Shown here: positions 55,759 to 64,000 of the stretch, one piece after another
How positions within the stretch are numbered: position 1 is the stretch's first letter
Layout: each line of letters opens with the position of its first letter
NCBI GenBank assembly: GCA_964016885.1
Contig: OZ024743.1
Coordinates: 16,678,001 to 16,742,000, forward strand
Reading direction: 5' to 3'
Length of the DNA stretch: 64,000 bases
Origin: Eledone cirrhosa
Taxonomy: Eukaryota
Made by a program: the position numbers and the translations under genes
Notes under the pieces: generated by a model
What the model was told of the DNA's origin: nothing
Database searches by the model: none
The model's input: the letters and a program-made list of their open reading frames with translations, nothing else

Positions 55759-57694
55759 TGATAATCGTCATTATGATGGTGATGTTGAAGATAATAATAA
55801 CGATTATTATTAATATTGATATTATTTTGTTATTGAAGTGTTTGTTCATGTTATTTGGACGTAGCAGGAATCAAGAGATCCAGCTATACACACACACACT
55901 CATATAGTGTTTTATTTAAGAATGACTATATCATATATTGAAAACGGTATAGGACATATGATAACAGAAGAATTGGAAGACTTTTATGCAGCTTATTACG
56001 TTGCAACGTCTATTCACATATGAATGTTCTTGGGTGTTGTAAATGAAACAGTAAAACGCAACGTGTCTTCAGTATATTACGAAAAGAACATTTGCTTAAA
56101 ATACTGTATAAATAAGGTACAAACTTGTTTAATAATATACTGAAAAATGACATTGTCATTGTGAATTTTATTATATTGTCAAGATTTCATGTAACTAATA
56201 TTATATGAAGAAATATTTAAATCTTGAGGCAAGAATTTCAATAATACATAATGATGTACTGCCCAGGAATAATCTCTGAGCACAAGATATATATTATCGC
56301 CTATCAATACAAGTAGACACAAATGCAGTATTTTTCATGAGCATGAATTTTATAATTTTGTTATACAAATTACACAATTATTATAACTTCTTATATGGGA
56401 GATCCAATACCAACACTTTCGCTGAACCTAACGATAGTTCTAATTCCTATGTCATCGACTAAATGATCCGATTGTATTATAGCTAGATTTAGTTGATATT
56501 ATTGTAATTTGGGGGGAATTATATTTATGTAGATTTGACTCTCGATAAAAACGATTCCTCAACTAAATCTTTCTTGCTAAAACCGTATCATACGAATATT
56601 GCCTATCTCATGCACTCACTATTATTTGCATATGTACTCTAAGTTAGACAAATAATATTGCTATTTCAAATGACATGTTGCCAGCTGTAGCATATTCCAT
56701 AATGAGCGATCACAAACACTATTTTCTTTCATGTTGTGCTGTATAAAGGAGAAAAATAAATCCTGTTAGCAAGAATAATAGATGATTCCTGCGATAAGGT
56801 TATTAATGGAAGTAGGAAGAGAGACATGTGGATAATAATCGAATGATAACCAAATAAGTTTAAAAACTAGCTTCATTCGTTTGAAGCAATATGAAAAAGA
56901 ATAGATTACTAAGTAAACAGGTAGATTTTCAATTTTCAAATGGAAATACGGGGAGGGATTAAAAAGAAACAGGATAGAAGGCAATATGCAAATATATAAT
57001 TTAATTTGTATTATAATGATGATCATGCGTAAATGAATATGACAACGAAGACAACAAAAATGCATATTAAGTATATAATTATGATTTTAAAACAGCAACT
57101 AGACGCATTGGCACTTACGTTTGAAATGGAAATGCCATCAGATCTTCTGACATGTTCAACATGTGTCCCTTACACGTGTCAGTCACAGTACTAAGCTTGC
57201 GATATCATAAGCATGAAGCAGCTTGATTGTTGGCAGGTCATCAGCTCCCCTGAATAAAAACAGGCAAGGCATTTTCATAAGTAATGTATTCAGAAATAAT
57301 TTCAAGTTTTCTCTTTTGAAAATGTTACTTTTCGTTCAAATACAGGTTTATAAAAGCCACAAAAAACGAGGCATGTCAGTATTTCTATATATCAGTGAGC
57401 TGTTGCGCCAGCATCGAGCCTTCATGTGGATGTCCCCATTTTAGAAAAATGACTATGATTTTAATGAATTAAATGTATTTATAAATGACAGCATATAGAT
57501 TAAATTTATATGAAGCTTTCATTTTCGTCGCATTCCAATTTTATGTACTTATAGATTGTAAATTATGAATTTAGAAGTTTATTCATATACGAATTTGCAT
57601 ATACTTTTAGCATCTCCTTGAAATTCACTTATTGAGCCTATAAATAGAATAAATTCTGATTAACACACATTATTATATCATGCAAAAAGCCGGG

Positions 57695-57867
57695 GATTTG
57701 GCATTTTATCGGTAGAAGGTTGGACGCCGCGCTTTGCAGCATATAGTTAAGGCTCTTTACGATGTGAGTTCAAATTCAGCCGAGGTTAACTTTGCCTTTC
57801 ATAATTGCAGGGTCGATAAATTAGAGCTCCAGTAATGCACTGGGGTAATCGTTGGCCTCGTGCCAAT
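57695..57867 (+). mobile_element. SINE
   Basis: TTGGCATTTTATCGGTAG...GAGTTCAAATTCAGCCGAGGTTAACTTTGCC... Confidence 0.85.
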
Positions 57868-59208
57868 AAGTTTTGGCATTGGGTAGCCCTTCCGCGCGTC
57901 ACTAGGAAATACTAGCATATTAAGTGTTGAATATGATTATTTGGCATGGCTCTAGTTCTATCTACTTCAGTATGCTATTGACCACCTGTCCCCACTTGGT
58001 TAAAATCTTACAAATTAAATAGGTTGTGCTGAGACGAGATTCTGTTATTTACCTTCGAATTTTTTTGTTGCTCTCGGTTAGTATTTCGTGCATTGCTTGG
58101 AAGTAGGAGTATCAGAGATTTCCATGACCTTATATGTAGATTGGTAAGTGGCAATTTTCTCTTGTAGCAATTCTTGTAGCGATCTCCATGGTTTGTTCTT
58201 CTTCTTCACATAGAAAACTTCTGTATAGGAGACAGGTAATTATCTTTATTTTCACATGCGTTGGAACAGGTTTCCGTCCTAAGTTGTCAGTTTGAATGAA
58301 TCTGAATTGCACCATAAGATACAGATCTGCTCTTGGATTCTACTTTGTTTTAAAATACATGTTGAATCTAAACGAGAACATGTCATCACCAGTTTTTATG
58401 ACACTGTCAACTTTCATATATTGCCACACGAGAAAGCTAGATTAGGCTTTGTATAACCGTCCCTCAGGTGATACTTGTCTTTAAATTAAATTATGTATAT
58501 TGGTACTACATCGAGTTGTTATTTTGCTCCGCATTTCGATTTTAAAGATACATATTATAACATGTACACTATTTCTCTTATCAAAACACTATTTCTTAAC
58601 GAGATTCATCTCCCTTTTTCTTAGTTTCAGCTATACATATATAAGAAGCTTTATATTAAAGAAGTTAAATAATCATTCTTCATTCACAAGCTTAGATTAT
58701 AGGTGCTGACAAATACATGCATATTTAATATACATAATGCAGTTCTGTATGACTCATTTTGTGAACACATCTCTCACCTAGATATGTCTTAGTGTAAAGA
58801 CTAATTTAAAACGAAGAATTTTTATTCGTGTTTGAAATATTTCCTTTTGACAAAATAGATGTATACGTACGAAAAATCTGATGTCACATCATATAAAAAA
58901 AATGTTGTTACTTTTCTTTCATTTTCTTTAGTTGCGGAAAGTACGATTTCAAATATATTTCCATTAGGTTTTGTTTTGTTCTACTTATGCGTTGTTTTAT
59001 TCTGTTTATTGTCATCGTGGGAACCGCGATTAGTTGAAATTGAGAGGAACATTTGAAAACAAAATTATAGTGTTGTCTTCAAAATTACAATAGCCAACAA
59101 CATCGTTGAGTAGGAAATAATTTTTAAATGAAAAAGTATTTCTTTGAAGAACACCTGAACATTTTCTGGACACATAGGAGGATATTGTAAATGTCTGATC
59201 ATATCAGT

Positions 59209-59239
<31 letters not shown>

Positions 59240-59369
59240 GTAACTTTGAACTGAATGAAGTAAAACCACTTTCAGATATTATTCTGTACATAAATAACTA
59301 TACCTATCGTAAAACATTATTATTTATTATTTTTTTCTGATTCTGAAAAAGACAAATAGCAGTTACACT

Positions 59370-60122
59370 GACGGGGAGAACCCAAAAGGCAAACTCTCAA
59401 GAACAACAAATAGAAAAACAATATCAATAAAAATAACATCAGCAAATACAATAGGAACAAAACTTTCGCAGGAATGGCTGCTACAGCCATCCAAATGTTC
59501 AAGCTTGGGTAAGATCTGAGCCGAAATAGTCATCACGCTCGAGTTGGCAGCAACTGCCAAAAAGACCTTTAGATATAAATATATTGCGGTACATAGAAAA
59601 CGACTAGAAGCAGTTCGAACTCATAAAGTTTAAGAGAGCATTGAAAACCATATTACAATACATCTAGCATATTGCTGGAACCATGTTATTTAAAGAAGAA
59701 GAGTAGGCAACACTCCTCCAAACAAAAAAACACACAAAACGTCACACAACACTCTCTGCCCGACATAAACCTCTAGAAAACACAAAACTCAAACACATCT
59801 GCAACAACCCAAGTAGCATCAGAAACCTCATCAGTCATTCCACCATCATGACCAACCACAAACAAGAAATTAGATAAATATACTACATCAACAGCCAAAA
59901 AAAAAAACCGCATACGGAAATCGTTGTGCTAGTAAGAAGAGCCAAGCGAGAAGACATGGCCCTCATAGCAAGAAGCAAAGATATTGAGAAAAAAGAGATG
60001 TTTGGCTCCAGCACATTTAAATTGCTTGAAACTCCAATCATGGAATGGATATTGCTGGGTTCCTATGAAGGCATTGGATCGAAACAAGAATTGCAAATAT
60101 ATTTCAAAACCATTAATCTTGA
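59370..60122 (+). mobile_element. decayed Tx1-like LINE ORF1 remnant
   Basis: VLVRRAKREDMALIARSKDIEKKEMFGSSTFK aligns by eye with copy 2 ORF1 VLVRRANKELMALVARSENIQKVGDIFKSSTFR; N-rich region and TFAG upstream. Confidence 0.7.
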
Positions 60123-60156
60123 TACACACACACACACACACGCAGGCACGCACACA

Positions 60157-60188
<32 letters not shown>

Positions 60189-60233
60189 TACGCGCGCGCG
60201 CGCACGCGCACACACTCACATATATATACATGG

Positions 60234-60264
<31 letters not shown>

Positions 60265-61830
60265 TATATGCATGGATCCTGAAAAAAATTAGCTTCTCTG
60301 TGAAAACGCATATATAAAACTCTAACTCTCTCATGTGTAAAGAATTGAGTTTATGAAAAGAATCTCGTATAATAAGAAACAAGTAACAAAAATATAAACA
60401 GCAAACTAAAGCTTATTAAATTGAAAATAAAAAGGATGAACATAAATCAGACATTCAGAACAAGAATAATTCAAAAGAAAACAGAGGATACACTGAAATC
60501 TAATACCGGCATTCATAAAGAATATCGACCAAACATGGAATGCGGAAGATCACCAACATAATATATGAACATAATATATATTGGACTAGATCTAAGGGAT
60601 CTTTGACATCTTAGGAATATGACATTAATCTTCAGATGGAAATAGTTAAATAATTAAAATGAATAATATTTTCTTCCCCGGAACAAACGGAATACACTCC
60701 TTCCACGATGCAATCATATACACAAACTCATAACATTGCAAAAACTATAAGAAGGGAATGTCGAACCATCATAGACATACTGGAAACGGACGCAAACGCC
60801 AATATGGCCAATATAAATCAACTAAGAACTGCAGCAACAACAGTAACCACATAGGAAATACGGCATCACGTCAACATATCTTACTCTGCAACTTTCCAAG
60901 CTGGAGTGCATTCCGGAAAACCAATACTTGTATCATATACAGTAAATAAAACGAAATTGAGTTCAATCCTTTCTAAGATTAACATAAGAAATAAAACGAT
61001 TGCTAAAAAAACAAAGATCCTCTGTATTCCTAAAGTCATCCACCGTTAGAATAATTGAAATTATTTCTATTAAGAAGAGGAGTTCGACTATATGAAGAAG
61101 TAGGTTAATAGAAATCATAAACCAATGCCTTACCAAAAGAGTGGAGAATGAATGGTTTTGTAGGAGATTTATATTGCTCGTTCATTAATGGATGAACATG
61201 TGATTAACAACTGCTACGCCGTACAGTATAATATTTTTTAAACGAGTTAATCTGTACAGCAATGACATTTATCTAGAAATATGGTCGTCATTCCTCGATA
61301 AACATTATAACATTGCTCACAGGTAATTATCCATGCCTGCATCTGCAATAAAGTAAATATTCTGACCCATTATAACCCCTTGGGAAACAATATATTTATG
61401 AAATCAAGTGCAAAGATAGTAAACGTTCGCACAAAACGGGAGGGTGATGAAGAAGATATATGTAGTTGTGTTCCAATGTTACTTTCTGTAGTGTTACTAA
61501 ACGGTCTTTCATATTCTCCAACTTTCTCAAGCTCATATCTGAATACATACATAAATACATGCCTACAAGCAAGCATCTATAGGTATATACAGTCAAACAT
61601 TTGCGATTCACCATGCCGAGAAAAATTACAAGACTATTGAAAAATGTGTTTATTATCTTTTTCAATTTACAAAGAAATTCGTATTATCTGTCATTCCTAC
61701 AGGTCTATATGTTAGAAACGTGGATATCAATATACACATTGGCGCAATCTCGGTTAATCATTCTGTTTATATATGTATAGAACGTCATTGTACACTGGTT
61801 AGTGTAATTTTTTAATATATATATATATAT

Positions 61831-62925
61831 ACGTGGGAAAGTAAAAAATCGGAGAATAGACCGTTAAAACATGTTTATTTAAAATATCACCTACGTACGT
61901 TTCGCCCAGTTGGGCTTCTCAAGGGCATAAATAATCCCAAGTGTTCCTTATATAGTTCGGAAATAGTTTTGGAGGTTAAATCTACATCAAGATTCATTGC
62001 TCGCAAAAATATCTTGTTTTGATTTTGCAGCAGGTCAAGGGAGGTAACTCTGGCCGGTGTTAGGGCAGTCTTTCCCGGATAATTTTTTTTTTTTTTTTTT
62101 CACAAATAGAAAACTAAGGCACTCCACTTCGCTCGCGGACTACATCACATCACTAAAGGACTTAAACACCAGCTTCTCCACGCACTGGTAGATTGTCGGC
62201 AGGGCTGCACCGTACAACTTCAAGAGGTAATGCGATCTTTGCCTCATGGAGCTCTACCACATCATAACTGCACCCCACGAGCTCATCAAAAGCAGAGCTG
62301 AAACAGCGATAAGTTGTACACAACGCTTAAAAATATCCTTCTTTAGATGGGTTAAGAATGAAGAGTGAAATAGTACACTGGATCTCCCTGCAACAAGTCT
62401 TAACACCCCGGAGGGCAGGCGCAGCAAAGTAACACCCAGAAAACAATCCTTGCATACCATACCCAGCCTCAGACAAACGGATGCGGCAAAAAAAATATAT
62501 ATATATATATATATCCGGGAAAGACTGCCCTAACACCGGCCAGAGTTACCTCCCTTGACCTGCTGCAAAATCAAAACAAGATATTTTTGCGAGCAATGAA
62601 TCTTGATGTAGATTTAACCCCCAAAACTATTTCCGAACTATATAAGGAACACTTGTGATTATTTATGCCCTTGAGAAGCCCAACTGGGCGAAACGTACGC
62701 AGGTGATATTTTAAATAAACATGTTTTAACGGTCTATTCTCCGATTTTTTACTTTCCCACGTGCTTACGCTCTGCTAACTCTCTAGCCCACTAAATATTA
62801 ACACTTCGAATATTTAATACTGCCGGCACTAGTATCGAGCACCTTTGGCATACGCTACTTGGCAAATAACTATATGTATCACCTATCCCTTCTTTTTCTC
62901 TCTTTCTCGATACGTAAATACAATA
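61831..62925 (+). mobile_element. 5'-truncated Hydra-like PLE (endonuclease C-terminus) with inverted pseudo-LTRs and tail
   Basis: Arms 61831-62081 and 62512-62762; core 62105-62350 translates RHSTSLADYITSLKD...W*IV.RA.PY...CDLCLME..HII....LIKSRAE...SC. Confidence 0.85.
62659..62718 (+). ncRNA. type I hammerhead ribozyme, U3-A8 variant (mirror copy 61875-61933 on minus strand retains GUA)
   Basis: GCCC-TTGAGAA-GCCCA(AC)TGGGC-GAAA-CGTACG-(C/T)A-GG; palindromic stem III. Confidence 0.75.
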
Positions 62926-63289
62926 TATATATATATATTCCAAGACCAAAATAAATGGAAACTATATTTATAAAACCATATTTATTTTATTATATATATT
63001 TCAAAAGGCGACCAAGAAAATCTTGGTGCTTTTTTTATCAGATAAAATACAAAGTTTGTTTTAAAAATAACCATGGAGATCACACCTTAACGGTCAGAAG
63101 ATTCGCTGGATAGTGGAGACTTCTTAAGGGTAATACAAAGTTATCTGTCGATATGCAAATGAATTTATAAAAAAATGATAAAACAACCGTTTATTTAAAT
63201 TACGCTGGGGGAGGATGAGAAGATAGAGAGAGCGAAAATTTACTGTTATGAGATATATAGACAAATATAGAGTAGAGAGAAATTTGACA

Positions 63290-64000
63290 GAGGATGAACT
63301 CATATAAGGTAAATAAGTCTGAAATTTGTATTAGAGTTACGTATATTTAGTAATTATTTTGTTATTATATTAGAATTCTAATATAATACAATATAATACT
63401 AAGTAAAAGAAAATATATATATAGAAAAAATATATAGAAAAAGTAGATAAATATATAACAATATATATTGAAAATATAATAATACATATTGAAAAATAAT
63501 GAATAATAAGTAGAAAATAGATAGCAAAATATAGATAGAAGAATAGATATATGAATAGAGGAATGGATATATGAGTGGATATATGGGTATATTCTGTTAT
63601 AGATAATTATTTTAATAATTTATGAGAGATACTGGTTTATATTTATATTTAGTGTAACTAATTAAATTAACTGAGTTAATATAAATATTTATATGTTTCT
63701 AATATTTTAAATATTTTAAATATTTTAAATTGGAAAGATAGTGAAAATCTCAATTTTGTTTATATATTAGTTAGTATGAGACCATTTTGACGAAGATATA
63801 AGTTTAGAAAGATATATTTAGCAAGAAATAGTTATTGGTGTTATTAAAAAATATTTTTAAAATATTAAGAAATTTAAAAAAATATTAAAAATATTAAAAT
63901 ATTAGAAAATATAAAAAAATATATAATATAAAAATATTAAGAGTTCTGGAAAAATTCTTGAAAACATTTCTGGAAAAAAGTTTTAAAAAAATTGTTAAGA
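63290..64000. repeat. extremely AT-rich low-complexity region
   Basis: AATATTTTA- and AAAATATT-like decayed repeats. Confidence 0.7.

Noticed and set aside
57119-57249. Coding exon with good splice sites on the minus strand
   Set aside because: Stop codons in all three frames
60400-61700. Possible ORF2 remnant downstream of the ORF1 relic
   Set aside because: Too decayed to identify any RT motif by eye

Overview
AT-rich eukaryotic (animal) repeat landscape with dense (TA)n/(CA)n/(GA)n/(TAA)n microsatellites. The tRNA-derived SINE family resembles octopus SINEs, so a cephalopod origin is inferred but not proven. No intact host gene can be supported; most short ORFs are microsatellite artefacts. 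Recognisable elements are: Penelope-like elements (PLEs) of two types (Hydra-like RT at 4.5-6.6 kb and endonuclease at 62 kb; Naiad-like at 6.6-8.75, 43-44.8 and 53.9-55.6 kb); a minus-strand array of three Tx1/L1-type LINEs alternating with SINEs and joined by (TAA)n, with an R4/Dong element nested in one (TAA)n tail (15.4-27.6 kb); a Helitron with intact ends and a Pif1 fragment; and RTE, CRE and Tc1/mariner remnants. The most striking pattern is about ten fold-back (inverted-repeat) elements from several unrelated families, embedded in (TA)n. Most carry outward-facing type I hammerhead ribozyme (HHR) motifs, including unusual variants (U3-A8 covariation, GCAA instead of GAAA, 62-79 nt stem II inserts), and the hairpin apex often lies just upstream of the ribozyme core. 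All folds and alignments were done by eye.
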